From Octopus vulgaris (Eukaryota): DNA of 64,000 nt. This document shows, one piece after another, positions 23,682 to 37,714 of the stretch; positions within the stretch are counted from its first letter, which is position 1; every line of letters starts with the position of its first letter. The position numbers and the translations under genes are program-made. The stretch lies in NCBI GenBank assembly GCA_951406725.2, contig OX597825.1, positions 29,822,001-29,886,000 of the forward strand, written 5' to 3'. The notes beneath the pieces are model-generated. The model was not told the DNA's origin. It did not search any database and saw only the letters and a list, made by a program, of their open reading frames with translations.

Positions 23682-23910
23682 TTAACCCTTTAGATACCAA
23701 CCGGGCTGAACCCACCACTGGCTCTGTAGTACAAATGTCTTGTTTTCATGGGTTTGGGATTAAAATCTTCCTCCAAAATTAATTACGATTTATGTTCCTA
23801 ACACTAGCTTAATGATAACTAAGTTATTTTACTAAATTCTTCATAATATTTAAAATTAATTGAAAGAAGCACAGCTCATCTCAAAATAAATACGGTAACA
23901 AAAGAGTTAA
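23682..23910. mobile_element. piggyBac-like MITE (family F)
   Basis: TTAA-CCCTTTAGATACC...GGTAACAAAAGAG-TTAA; inverted relative at 56114-56561. Confidence 0.8.
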
Positions 23911-24199
23911 GGAGTTATGCAAATAGGGAATTCCAGAGGACTGACATTCTTGGAAGGAATAACTCGACGTATTAGTTAATGCAGGTGGAGGGTTATGAAA
24001 ATGGGTGATAAGCAAAAGAGTGAGATCTGTGAGTTTGAGCAATCTGTTTGATAAGGGACACAAGACTAAGAGGTTGTCAGGCATTTGTGAGTGACTTCAT
24101 GACAATCAGTCAAACTGCTTTCATTTAGATGTATGTTTGGAACATCAGTGCTGTCCCTGGTTTGAGAACTGTACTCTATTGTGGATCTCACAAGCACTT

Positions 24200-24620
24200 G
24201 GGTGGCAACTGGCAGAAACTTTAGCATGCCAGTCAAAATGCTTAGCAGTATTTTGCCTGCCGCTACATTCTGAGTTCAAATTCCGCCGAAGTTGACTTTG
24301 CCTTTCATCCTTTTGGGGTCGATAAATTAAGTACCAGTTACGCACTGGGGTCGATATAATCGACATAATCCATTTGTCTGTCCTTGTTTGTCCTCTCTGT
24401 GTTTAGCCCTTGTGGGTAGTAAAGAAATAAGCATTTCGTCTACCATTACGTTCTGAGTTCAAATTCCGCCGAGTTTGACTTCGCCTTTCATCCTTTCGGG
24501 GTCGATAAATTAAGTACCAGTTACGCACTTGGGTCGATATAATCGACTTAATCCGTTTGTCTGTCCTTGTTTGTCGCCCCTGTGTTTAGCCCCTTGTGGG
24601 TAGTAAAGGGAAGAAATAGG
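24200..24620 (+). mobile_element. SINE family B partial tandem dimer (B1+B1)
   Basis: Second body restarts at ~24431 after tail AAAGAAATAA; no TSD recognised. Confidence 0.88.
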
Positions 24621-25854
24621 TTAATAATTATTTTGGAGGACTGAAATATTTTCTGTCCCTGAAAGAACTGGCCAATCTTTACAATGCAGTGTTTGTAATG
24701 TTGAGAACGTTCATTCACCAGAAGTGAACCTCAGTGACAGGGAGCTTTAGTGTTTGAAGTGAATGTGAGATTTCTAGTTTCGTGCTGTTCTATCAGTTAC
24801 TGAAACTTGAATCCACCCACTCTTGACTTATTGTTGATTTACCAAAATTATTGCCTTTGTTATATATTTAATGACTTCCATAGTTTCGGTTGAAAATGGA
24901 TTTTTTGAAATATATTTAGCCCTGACATATGCAAAAACGGTTTTGTGTTTGACAATAAAAAAAATCTTACGTCAACCTGATGAGTAATTTTATTTATTTC
25001 CATTTATACATTCCATATATCTACATTTCTCCTGGCTTCATTTTTCTTTCAAAATAATGTTCCCACACAAAATATGACATTTTCATCAATCTTCAAATCT
25101 ATTCAGCTCTTTCATGCTATGTTTTCTTTTTTCTTCTTCTTGAAATTACATTACCTTTACAAAATGTATCCTTCCATTGAAAAACATGGAATCTTTATTG
25201 AATTTTCAAGATAATTGCAGAAGACAATTTCTTTGCTGAAATAATTCGAAATTCCATTAATCTTTGTTCCATACCAGATTACTGATTTTAATGAAAAAGA
25301 AAATTGTTAGACCAAGACAACTTTAATTCAGTTTTCCCAATCAGATCACGTAATAACACTCTTTCTCATCGAAAACATATGTTGCATCATTGTAATTTCT
25401 TTTGTGTTCCTTGAAATTATATTTAAGTTTTGATAACCTCATATTGACCTTATTCTCAATAAATAATTCTACATATGTAAAACAGAAGACATTTAGAAAA
25501 TTCTACCGCTATTCAGTTACTGATTGTTGTATGTGCAAGTATATGTGCAGGAACTGCCTTCTTGTGCTAGTAAGTTTTTCGCGAAACGTGATTGTATATA
25601 TGTGGAGGTGTATGTGTTTGATATTTACTAGTTCTGCTGAGCTTCATTCAGTTATCTGACTCACAATACAAAGATCTAAAACACTTCAAATGAAGTATAC
25701 CATTCTGAATCATTTGTCATTAATTTCATTTTCATTTCATTGCCAGAAGATGTTATTGCACATAACGATTTAACCTAGTTTTCATAACAATTCATCGAAT
25801 TTCTAATCATTCACAAATTTTACTCTTCAAAAAGAATTAAAAGCCAATCTTTAA

Positions 25855-25956
25855 TCAATTGGACTCTTTTGCTGAACTGCTAAGTTACAAGGACATAAAC
25901 ACACCAACGCCAGTTGGCAAGTGGTGGTGGTGGTGGAGGCAAACACAGACACAAAG

Positions 25957-25997
<41 letters not shown>

Positions 25998-26170
25998 CAT
26001 ATATATGATAGGCTTCTTTCAGTTTCTGTTTATGAAATCCACTCACAGAGCTTTGGTCAGCTGGAAGCCATAGTAGAAGATAGTTGCCCAAGGTGCCTCA
26101 CATTGGAACTGAACCTGGAACCATGTGGTTGGGAAGCAAGCATCTTACCACACAACCATGCCTGTGCCTA
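25855..26170 (-). mobile_element. SINE family A, 3'-incomplete
   Basis: Head and body blocks match the other A copies. Confidence 0.8.
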
Positions 26171-26387
26171 TAGATGATAATTTCTTATCAATCTTTTCTT
26201 AGAGAGATGGTGAGAAATTCCATTACCTATTGGACTGTTTCAGTACTATAAAATGTTTCCTCTACTTGGAATGTACCTAGGACTTGTTGGCCTCTCAGAT
26301 GGACTTAATCTGTTTTCATAAGAAATGAAGAATTTAAACTTAGCAAGGTATACAGAGTTACTGGTACAATAATAAATTGAGGAATAA

Positions 26388-26602
26388 AGTGGCAAGCTGG
26401 CAGAAACGTTAGCATGCCAGGCGAAATGCTTTGCGGCATTTCGGCAGTCTTTGTGTTCTGAGCTCAAATTCTGCCAAGGTCAACTTTACCTGTCATCCTT
26501 TCAGGGTCGATAAATTAAGTACCAGTTGTGTACTGGGGTTGATCTAGTCAACTGGCTCCTTCCCCCAAAATTTCAGGCCTTGAACCTAAAGTAGAAAAGA
26601 AT
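26388..26602 (+). mobile_element. SINE family B (tail B2)
   Basis: Full head, B2 tail CCCCAAAATTTCAGGCCTT..AGTAGAAAAGAAT; imperfect AATAAT..ATTGAGGA direct repeats on both sides. Confidence 0.87.
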
Positions 26603-28239
26603 AATGTATTGAGGAGTGAATATCAACAATTAACCTAGTCACTTGACAATCTATCAACCAATCAAAAAAGCTACAAGTTTTGTTTGGAATAAAATAAAAG
26701 TGTGATTTATATATATTTAACTTCTTATATATTTGGAACAATTTTAGTGATCTTTACCATTTGTTATAAATGTGTACTTGTATAGTTTTATTTCTGTGAA
26801 ACGAAGTAAAAACAAAAAAAAAAAAAATCAAATTATTTCGGAAATGTTAAAATACTTATAAATGTTAAAGTGCATATTATATATTATTTTCAATATTTCT
26901 CATAACTTTGAACTATTAACACATTGTATATTTGAATCCGTGTATAAACAGATAAAGCCTAAAACTTGTAATATAATTTTCTAACAATTTTATCAAGATT
27001 ATGCTTCATAAAATCTGGAAAAAATTAAGCTATCTAGAATTAAATTTCAATAAAAGAAAATTGATAATTAATAATTGTTAGTAATTTTCAAGATGACTAT
27101 AATTTAGCTATCTGCTGCCAGCCAACAGTGAAACGAGTTGTGTTATTATTCAATGAAGTAATTCTACAAGTTAGTCTGACACTTTTTCTCTCTAATCTAT
27201 ATAATGTGATAATGATTGAAAATTATATGAAATCACTGTAAACCACTTAACATACTTCTCCTGACTTATTGCTCTCAATTACTTTGGTCACTTTTACACG
27301 AAGAAACTTTGACTGAAATGAATTTCATTTTCAATGCAAAAAGAAATATTTTACAAATTCTTGTAAAGAACTGATTTAGCAAGTTAAAAAAAATCTGTCA
27401 GTTTTATTCAGTAATAAGGGAGAAAAATAAAATTCAGAGGTCTCTCAAGTTAGAATTTTTCTTGCTATTTATTAATGTTAGCTACCAAAGCATGGATTGG
27501 TTAGCATTCAAATTGGTAATTTTTATTAAACTTAACAATGCATTTCTGTATAGTATTAATTGTTGAAAGATACAGGTAGAGTTACTCAGTGCAGCAGTTC
27601 TTGAATTATATTTCAAAAACTACATTTCATACAGAAAATATAAAATGATTAATGACTGAAGTATGAGTTTGAAAAACTCTTGCTCTTTTATAGAAAACTT
27701 TACAAAATTCCATTATTTTAGATGCATGCCTCTGTGTGTGTGCATATGTGCATGCATGCATGTATGCGTGCATGTGTGTGTGCATGCACAAATGCATGTA
27801 AGACAACATAAAACTGCAATAAAACATATTTAAAACACTTCCATCCATGCTATCAAAGAATTATGTCCATTTCAATCTGATACTTTAGATTAATTTTCAT
27901 TTAGATTTATAAAAAAAAAAAAAATTTCTCTGAACTTTTGACAGTTAAATCTCTGTCTGATTCCATTACTGCGGGGAAAATGTCTAAGTTATGGAGAAAA
28001 GATTCAGTACAATAATTTTTATACATTTTACTTTCACAATTTATGAATTACACTTAAGTATTTTAAGTATGACAACTAAAACAAAAACACAAACTTGCAT
28101 GTGGAATGAATGATATATTATCTCTTTTAGATCTTCAATAACTGATCCTCTCATTCATTATTAACTTCTGGTGCCATCCTTTTGTTGATATGGCAATTCT
28201 GTTTCTCAGAATTTGTCTTGGTCTTGAAATCTAATCTAT

Positions 28240-28466
28240 CTTATTTCTTTATTGCCCACAAGGGGCTAAACATAGAGGGGACAAACAAGGACAGACAGAG
28301 GGATTAAGTCGATTACATCGACCCCAGTGCGTAACTGGTACTTAATTTATCGACCCCAAAAGGATGAAAGGCAAAGTTAACCTCGGCGGAATTTGAACTC
28401 AGAATATAACGGCAGATGAAATACTGCTAAGCATTTTACCCAGCATGCTAACGTTTCTGCCAGCTG
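28240..28466 (-). mobile_element. SINE family B (tail B1)
   Basis: Colinear with the other B1 copies. Confidence 0.9.
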
Positions 28467-30960
28467 TACCCCACAAATCTTTCAGTTTCTCACTCATACT
28501 CTATTCCTCTATTGAAACCCACAATATCAAATGCCACAGCATCACCAACATTCCTAAATTCCAAGGTCTGTTGCTCTGTTGCTCTGTAGAATTTTGTCTA
28601 ATCTTTCTCCAGCTGAGACCCACTTTGACTATGTAATAAAAGCTAAAGGTCAGCATCACCACCATCATCACCCTCACCAGCCCCATCATCACCACCATCG
28701 TCATCAGTAACATCATCATTTTGATGTTCACTTTTCCATGTTCCCATGAGTTAGATAAAAATCATCAAGGCAGATTTTCTATGGCTAGATATTCTTGTTC
28801 AGCCTTGTTTCCAAGCATGGAAATATTCCTCATGTCCTTTCAACATGAATGAAAAAATTGCTGGATATGTTTATCTTGGAAGATTGCAGATGAAACACAC
28901 CACTCGTATGACAGGGATGTTTGTTTGCAATTAGTATGTAATATCAAGAATAAGCTATTAAACTACTAAGTCTTAAGCTGCAAGTTCAAACCTGTTGCAC
29001 ATATTCCTCTGACCAAGCAGACTAATGATTAAAGGCATTCCAGCCATGACCCTCCTGTACTGTTTTTAGACTGTAGTCAAGTCTACGTCATCTAATGAGC
29101 CACTTTTTTTAAAGAGAGTAGTGAGTGAGTTGGGATAGGTTTGGCTGCTATATTTAGCAGATTGAGCAACCACATAGATGTTCTTTTATTGGCATGAATA
29201 AAAATCCTTGGAGGATTGTACTGCAAGCTGTAAAAGGACATAACTAAATACTGTCTATCATTTAGTTTAATTTGGTTCCATGACTTATTCTTTCTCACAT
29301 TCTACCTGTAATAAAATACACAGAGGTTGTTGCAAAAACAAGAAAAAAGAAGATTTGCAATTCTTCCTGGAAATTGTACATGATGTTATCAGTGGAAGAA
29401 TAAGTTATCTAAAAATCGAAGTTTACTATTTGAAAAAAAAAAAAGAAGTCGTTTACTTTTATTTTATTAAACTTTAAGTTTGTTTGATATATGACCAAAA
29501 AAACCTAAGAAAAATGCTTTAAACAATTTTCGTTAAAGTTAGCATTGAAAAGATAACCACAGCCCTACCTTAAATTCTCTGTTTGAGTGGAGTAAAAAAA
29601 TATTACAAAGTGATAGTTGAATAAAACTGCAAGCATTGTATGTACATATAAAATGCATGCACAAACATGAGCACACACATACAAACATGTTGAGGGTTGC
29701 ATGCAATCTTAGTAAAGGAAAAAAAGAGACTTGTAACAGGATGGACCAGAAGCAAATAAAAGAAAAAAATATATATTGATCTATTGTAACAAATAAAGAA
29801 ATGAAGGGTATTATTATGATTTGACAACAAAATTTAAACACTTTTTGTAGATTACATGGAGCACACACAGGCGCACATACACACATACACGCACACACTC
29901 TCAGACACACATATATATAAACACAGTCACACATTTCTTTAAAACCAAAAAAATACATTCTTAGTTGCTTTTTTTTTTTCTTTTAATTAAAAGGGAAAAA
30001 ACTAGGAGAGCTTGTAATAGGTTTTGTGAATTTGCCTTTTTTAAAAAAAATTCCTGACTTCTGGAAAATCCTTGACTCAATTTCATTACTTTAGATTTTG
30101 ATTTATATATTCTCATTTAAAGTGTAAACAGGAGGAAGGGGTTCTTGATTTTTTAAATTTTTCCCAGTAAGTATTCGAAAATGTATTTCACTATTTCTGT
30201 TTTAAAATTTTTTTTTTTCCCCACCGTGTTTAACTTTTTCGACTTTTAACAAATACTGACAAATAATTGTAGAACTTATCTGTTATTTCACCATTTTACC
30301 ATTTTCCACTCCAAAACAATACTGAAAAATTCTCCAAGTACTTTATACTTATACCGCATCAAAACTTTACTCGATGATAAAAGAGATTCTGGTTGACTTT
30401 CCAAGACTAATGAATTACAAATGAAAAAGCAGCATTATGTTTCCACTGTTGCAAGCAATAATAACCTGACTCAACGGTAAGCTTTGCAAATGTTAACGCT
30501 TACACGTCCCTTTGCTTTATTATGCATAACTATCATGATGGTAAATTAAATTTATAAAGCCAAGGTTCCTCTTAACTCTAGCTAGTTTATCTTGATCATC
30601 ATCGTTTGATACAGTAAGCATGAAGCTACTACAGTGTTGTTAAATAGAGTTTAACTATAAAAATCATCAATCTTTTACTCTACAACTCACTAATGACTTT
30701 GAAGTATTTGCAGCATAGTAAATATTAGATTAAGGAACTAAGTCAAAGAATCATAGAATAGAATCAGATAAGTAAAAGTAGAAGAGAGAATATTTCGTGT
30801 TGCTGCAGTATAAAAGCTGGATTGAATAATTTAGAAAATAAATCGTGTTTGAAACAAACCAAAAATTTCATCTTGAATAAACTCGTATGGTTTTGTTATT
30901 TCCATGTCCTACAACGGAGACATATTGCATAGGATGCAGTATGTGTGTTTGAACATTTGA

Positions 30961-31350
30961 GGGATGCTAAACATAGAGGGGACAAACAAGGACAGACAAA
31001 AGGATTAAGTCGATTACATCGACCCCAGTGCATAACTGGTACTTATTTAATCGACCCCAAAAGGATGAAAGGCAAATTTGACCTCAGCGGAATTTAAACT
31101 CAGAACGTAAAGACAGATGAAATACCTATTTCTCTACTACTCACAAGGGGTTAAACACAGATAGGACAAACAGGCACAGACAAAGGGATTAAGTCGATTA
31201 TATTGACCCCAGTGCATAACTGGTACTTAATTTATCGACCGAGAAAGGATGAAAGGCAAAGTCAACCTCAGCAGAATTTAAACTCAGAACGTAAAGAGAG
31301 ATGAAATACCGTGAAGCATTTCACCTGGCACGCTAACATTTCTGCCAGCC
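30961..31350 (-). mobile_element. SINE family B partial tandem dimer (B1+B1)
   Basis: Junction GAAATAC|CTATTTC at ~31125. Confidence 0.88.
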
Positions 31351-32877
31351 CTCGCATGACCACAATCTAATGACCGAAACAACTGAAGGAGTAAGATTAA
31401 ACAACACATTGTGTGAGGTGTAATTTAGCAGTAAAGCTATTCTGTTTGAAATGCAGTACTGTACATGGTGTTCAACTTGGTTTTATCTGAACCAGTAGTG
31501 AAACATCTAAACTCTTCAGTTGGTATAAAGCTTGAATCCAATGAGACAAGCAGTGATCTGTGTTGGCAAAAAATATATCTATTAGTAAAGTGAAAAGTTT
31601 CTTAAGTTTTTATGCATTTGGATTTGAAACACAGATCTTCTTTGGGGATTGAGATAAGGTTTTTTTTCTTCATCCTTATTTCACGAGAGTATGGATGCAA
31701 TAGAAAATGAGTGAAAATGTGCAACCATGAGAAGGAAGTGGTCAGAAAGGGAAAAGGGATTGGCGAGTGAGAGCAAGAGAGAGAAAGAATGGGAAAGAGG
31801 GAAGGGTTTACAACAGGAAGGTAAAGTCAGTTTAAGGCAGAAAGGGATTTTTTTTACCCCAAGCAGGTCAGTTTGAATGACAAGAAACTTTCGAATAACA
31901 TTACTCAGAAATATATAATTCAAATGGCCAGAATCAGACTGCAGGCACTTGGATATTCTCTCTTTAATATAATTTTTTTTTCTCCCTTTAATATATTTTT
32001 TTTTCTTTCTTCAACTAGTTTCCCCCTATGAATGTGCAGCAACTAATTCCCTGTCATTTCCTGTCAATCTCCTACTGTCTTTATGCTTTCATGCAGTAAG
32101 GATTCACTCCCCAACAACAATAGCAAAAACAAGACAAAAAATTTGTCTGAAACATAGGTGCCTTATTTTCCAACAGTTTATGAAATTAAGAAACTAAACT
32201 ATTCAACAGCCATGTCATTTTAAGTTTTACTTTTAATTAAAATTACTTTATGTTCGATATTCAGAGTAATTTGTGGTTTTTTTCCCTCTCTTGGCTAAAC
32301 TGCTTTGAACAAATTGTTGGAAACTTGATATCAACTGTTATTTATTCTTAACGAGAAGGCATTATAAATTTAAAAACAGATGAAGAAAAATTTTCTTCAG
32401 TCGAGATAATTTGAATCATTTGGAACTTTACACAAGCAATTTAACTAAATATATAATTCTGTTTGATGACAGGAGAATGAAGTAGTTAGAGAGGCTGCAC
32501 AAGTCAGTTTATGAAGTCTGCTACACAAGAGATTGTGATGATGCCATGGCTGCAGCCAATGATGTTGTGATGACATTGATGCTAATAATGATTACAAAGA
32601 TAGTAATAATAATGAGATAGTAATGACAGAAATGGTAGCAGTGATCACAATAATGACAGTGGTGATTACTGTTGATGATAATAAAAATAATGACAGATGA
32701 TTGCAAAGGTAATATTAACAAACAGCAACAGATGATGACTTGATGAATGGCAGCAGAAGCAAAGGTTGATATTTCTAAGTTTTTGGTATATCAGTTTATT
32801 TAAAATCTGATGGATAAACATTTTAATTTCAATATTTAGTTAATATTTCTGTGTGAAGGTACCATTGGCACAGTACC

Positions 32878-33110
32878 TGTTTCTTTACTACCCACAAGGA
32901 GCTAAACACAGAGAGAACAAACAAGGACAGACAAGCGGATTAAGTCGATTATATCGACCCCAGAGAATTACTGGTACTTATTTAATCGACCCCGAAAGGA
33001 TGAAAGGCAAAGTCGAACTCGGCGGAATTTGAACTCAGGACGTAGCGGCAGACGAAATACCGCTAGACATTTCGCCCAGCATGCTAACGATTCTGCCAGC
33101 CTGCTGCCCT
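32878..33110 (-). mobile_element. SINE family B (tail B1), full length
   Basis: 16-bp imperfect TSD CCATTGGCACAGTACC (32862-32877) / CCATTGGCATAATACC (33111-33126). Confidence 0.92.
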
Positions 33111-33239
33111 CCATTGGCATAATACCATACTTTTACTAATAATCTGAGATACCTATGTAATCATGATCAGAAACAGATTCCCTCATGGCCTGCCAAGCCT
33201 TGATAAGCAAAATATCAAAGATGTGACAGATTAAAGGAG

Positions 33240-33366
33240 TGAGGGCTTGGCAGGAAACATGAAACGTTGTACTTGCTCAAGAATACAATGCACCTCCTGT
33301 TCAGGAATTGAAACCAGACCTTATGATTGTGAGCATAACGCCCTGAATACTAGGCCACAAGCTTTC
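33240..33366 (-). mobile_element. Old tRNA-derived SINE head (family G)
   Basis: CTTGCTCAAG.ATACAATGCA..GGAATTGAAACC block; also at ~20690-20790 and ~42985-43070. Confidence 0.55.
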
Positions 33367-33812
33367 ACAAATATCATCAACAATGTACATAGAGGCTTAG
33401 ATAAGAGTGTATATTACATGTTCAATATTCCACATATGCTATCCACCAATCTTTTTTGTACAGAATCACTGCTTGCACTTCCTCTCCCCCTCTCGCTCTC
33501 TCCTCCCTTCTCTCTCTCCCCTCCCCTCTCTCAATTTTTGTCTCTCGTTCACCCAAAAATATAATACATATAAATTTGAGAAATGAAATTACAGAAATGG
33601 ATATTAAAGAATTTGACTGCAAGCAGTTAATAGTGACATTTATTTTCCTTGTTATGCATCCACCAGCAACTCTCCTTATGTCTGTCAGTGGTAGTAAAGG
33701 AAGTAGCAAATATATGTGTGTGTGTGTACATGTGTGTATTTACGTATGTATATATTTATATATATATATATATAAATATACATACATATATATATACACA
33801 TATATATGTGTG

Positions 33813-33868
<56 letters not shown>

Positions 33869-34080
33869 TATATATGTGTGTATGTATATATATATATATA
33901 TATGCACACATATATACGTGTATGTATGTATACATCACTGTGCATGCTAATGTGCAGTTAAATCAAAGAGAATTACAGAATCTATATAACGTGCAGTGCT
34001 TTTAATAAGAAAAAAACATTGATAAGACTGTAAATGCACTTATATATGACTATGTGTATGCATTTCTATGGACATGCACA

Positions 34081-34135
<55 letters not shown>

Positions 34136-34580
34136 TATCATTTGCATACGAATACTTGTGTATATGCATAAGTATGCATATAGATACATTTGCCTATATG
34201 CATGTAAGAATGTATACATTTATAGTTATATTCTTGTGTCATAAATAAATGTTTCATTGAACTAAATTGAAACATAAATCTATTTTTCAAGGGTTGAGAG
34301 AGAGAACTTTGTAAGTTCCATTGAATAATCTAAGAAATAGTTTCTTTTATGTTGCTTTAACTCTGTTAATGATGTTAAATATGAGCAAAATCATGAAAGA
34401 GGTTAATTCAAATTCTGTTAGGCTCAAATTTACTTTTCATTGCTCCAAATATGACCCATTCAACAAATTCTAGTAACGTGCTGAGTTTTGAATCATGTGC
34501 TAATGTTGGAAATTTATATTGTATAAGAAGGTCATTTTTTTATGGATTAATCAGGTTAAGTAGGTTAAATATTACTGAAA

Positions 34581-34635
<55 letters not shown>

Positions 34636-34715
34636 TTAAACCTTCACTTGCCCCAGGGCACTGGGTGTGCCCCGGCAAGTGATTGCATCAAACATGCAGA
34701 TTAAAAGTAAATGAC
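34636..34715 (+). mobile_element. ~80-bp GC-rich stem-loop insert in (TAA)n; probable extreme 3' end of a TAA-targeting non-LTR element
   Basis: TCACTTGCC (34644-34652) pairs with GGCAAGTGA (34674-34682); inner GGGCAC/GTGCCC; (TAA)n on both sides. Confidence 0.55.
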
Positions 34716-34788
34716 AATAATAATAATAATAATAATAATGATAATAACAACAACAATAATAATAATAATGATAATAATAATAATAACA

Positions 34789-34819
<31 letters not shown>

Positions 34820-35452
34820 TAGTAATAATAATAATATTAAAAATAATAATAATAACAATAATAATAATAAAAATAATAATGATAATAATGATGATGATGA
34901 TGATGATGGTGGCGGTGGTTTCAAATTTTGGCACAAGTCCAGCAGTTTTAAGGACAGGACAAAGTTGATTACATCGACCCCAGTGCTCAAAAGGTATCCT
35001 TTGGTCCTTGTGTATCATTAGTAGAATTCAGTCTTTTGTAAACGTTTGAGCCAGATATCCCTATTTCTTTCTGTGGGCTGATCAACCTTTTCTCATAATT
35101 ATTTCAAAGTTTTCTCTATTCCCACAAAATAGAGAAAACACAAATATGAAGAATGGTATTTTTCCTGTAGATCAAAAAATAGTCAGGTTGGTCACCACTG
35201 ACATTCATTTTATGAATTTAGGAAGAATCAGTAAAGATCACAGTCACTCTTCAGATTCCTGGGCTATTTTGTTAAAAAGGAAAGACCTGAGGGTTTTCTT
35301 AATTACACTGTTGGTGTTCTGAATTTGTAACCTGTGGCAGTTGGGTTATCTTTATTTTTCATACCTCCAATATGAAAAGTAAAATTTGTTTTAGACTTTA
35401 CATTTCTTATTGTAAAACTATTGTTACAATATGAGAGATAACATCTGATATT

Positions 35453-35870
35453 CTTTTCTACACTATGCACAAGGCCCAAAATTTTGGGGGAGGAGGCCAG
35501 TCGATTAGATCAACCCCAGTATGCAACTGGTACTTAATTTACTGACCCTGAAAGGATGAAAGGCAAAGTCGACTTTGGTAAAATTTGAACTCAGAACGTA
35601 AAGACAGATGAAATACCACCAAGCATTTCACCTAGTATGCAAATGTTTCTTATTTCTTTATTGCCCACAAGGGGCTAAACATAGAGAAGACAAACAGATT
35701 AAGTTGATTACATCAACTCCAGTGTGTAACTGGTACTTAATTTATCGACCTTGAAAGGATGAAAGGCAAAGTCGACCCTGGCGAAATTTGAACTCAGAAC
35801 GTAACGGCAGACGAAATACCACTAAGCATTTCCCCTGACTTGCTAACGTTTCTGTCTGCTTGCCACCTTT
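35453..35870 (-). mobile_element. SINE family B heterodimer (B1 unit followed by B2 unit)
   Basis: Junction ~35650; one 16-bp TSD GATAACATCYGATATT (35437-35452, 35871-35886). Confidence 0.9.
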
Positions 35871-37714
35871 GATAACATCCGATATTGTTACCTTTTCATA
35901 TTGCAAATGTAACACTATGAAATTTTCTTACCATTGCAAAATCGATGTAGGTAACCAGTTATGCACTGAGCTTAATTCAGTTCACAATATATCCCTTCTC
36001 AACATTTGTAGCTTTACATCAATAACAGAGTTGATGTTCACAGTTCATCAATTTTCAAATCATTTAGACATATTTCTTGCTAATGTATGTTATTATAGTT
36101 AGCAGTATAGAAATTTGGGAATGAGATGATAGAAAGAATTATAACACCCTGCTAAATGACTCAACTAAATTATTTAGATATGTACTTCAATATTCCGAGT
36201 TAAGTCCTGTTTTGGTGAGCTTTGCCTGTCATCAATCTAGGATCAATAAAATATGTATCAATAACAAACCAGAGCAAATCCAATTATTCAATCAACAGTG
36301 TTCCTCATAGAAAATTAACCTAATGCCTAGTCAATAGAAATAATTTTCTATTTATCAAACATGCATGATGTAACATTACGAAAACTGATGGATGTCAGGA
36401 AACAGAGACAGATTAATAATTTTAGAAATATTTAATAACATTACCATTGTATAGACCTCATATAGCATGGCTAAATTTATGAAGTATTAACTATTGCTTG
36501 TTCAGAAATTGTTCAGTTTATTGTCATTGATTTTTTTTCTTTTCTTTTTTATTACTTCTCATGAGAGATATCATTATTCACACTACTCAAAACCTAAGTA
36601 ACACCAATTTTTGTAATGGACAGTATTATTAGAAAACCAAAAACTGAATAAAATTTCTCATTATGGGATAACTCTTTCAGACACAAAGCATCTGCAATTA
36701 GTGTTGTAAAAGATACGAGTATTAGTTTCTTAGTTATTTTTGGAACAACAGAACAACAAATAAAGAGTAATAGAAATATTTATGTTAAATTATGCAAGTG
36801 GAAAGAATATCTTAAGCCAATTACTCTTATTGTATTGTGTCTTTTGTTATCTATTTTTAAATATTATTTTAATGCATTTCTAATATTCAAAAATATATGG
36901 AAATAGTTAAAAGTTGACAAATCCTCTTCACTGTTTGGAAGGAAAATCAATAATACTTTAGTGTATTTAAAATATTCCAACTTTAAGAATCAATGAGTTC
37001 TTGCATTAGAAGCAAGTATTTCATCGCTATTTCTTGCTTCTAACTATGTCTGATGCCACCTATGTAGTGTTCTAATATGTTGACTTAAGATGTAGCTAGT
37101 CTATTGTGTTAAAAGCAAGAAAGAAAATGTTAACTTTCGAATTTATTTCAGCTTTATATTGTCAATAGACTGAAAAAGACTGCTGGATTCTAGCAAAATA
37201 AACACGAAAATAAAAAAAAAAAATTGTGTCATCTTAGACAAGGTTAAAAATAAAATAATGTGCTTGATTGATCAACTTGAATGTCTATGAGATTTGAGTG
37301 GGAGAAAGTTCAATAAGTAGAATTATAGCATACAATACAGAAGAATAACATACTAGTGATAAAGTTGGTGGAATCTGCTTTACACACTTGTACACATAAG
37401 AATCACTTCAATGAATCAGTGGCAAATTAGTAGGCTATTGCTACCATGTCAATTATAATACTTCATGGCCTCTAAGTTGTAAACTCACCAAGGTCAACAT
37501 TGCCTTTCATCTTTCCAATGTCAATAGAAATCTTCCAAAACCATGGCAGTGGATATGGTGGAACCGTATGTCTTGTGATATTTGTTCCAACTCTTTGTGT
37601 TCTAAGTTCGAGTTTCACTTAATCTACCACCTATTAAACATCAGTGTCTGACACCCTAGGTGCTTTCATTAAATATTTAGGTTTCTGGTTTGAGAGTACT
37701 TCCTCTCCCTCCAC

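Noticed and set aside
30454-30482. Strong donor ACG|GTAAGC with a possible 21-nt exon
   Set aside because: Weak AAG acceptor and a TGA in the phase used by the Ig gene.
15383-31350. Repeated ~200-bp units as a CRISPR-like or retrozyme array
   Set aside because: Eukaryotic SINE bodies with Pol III boxes, no unique spacers and no hammerhead core in the unit.
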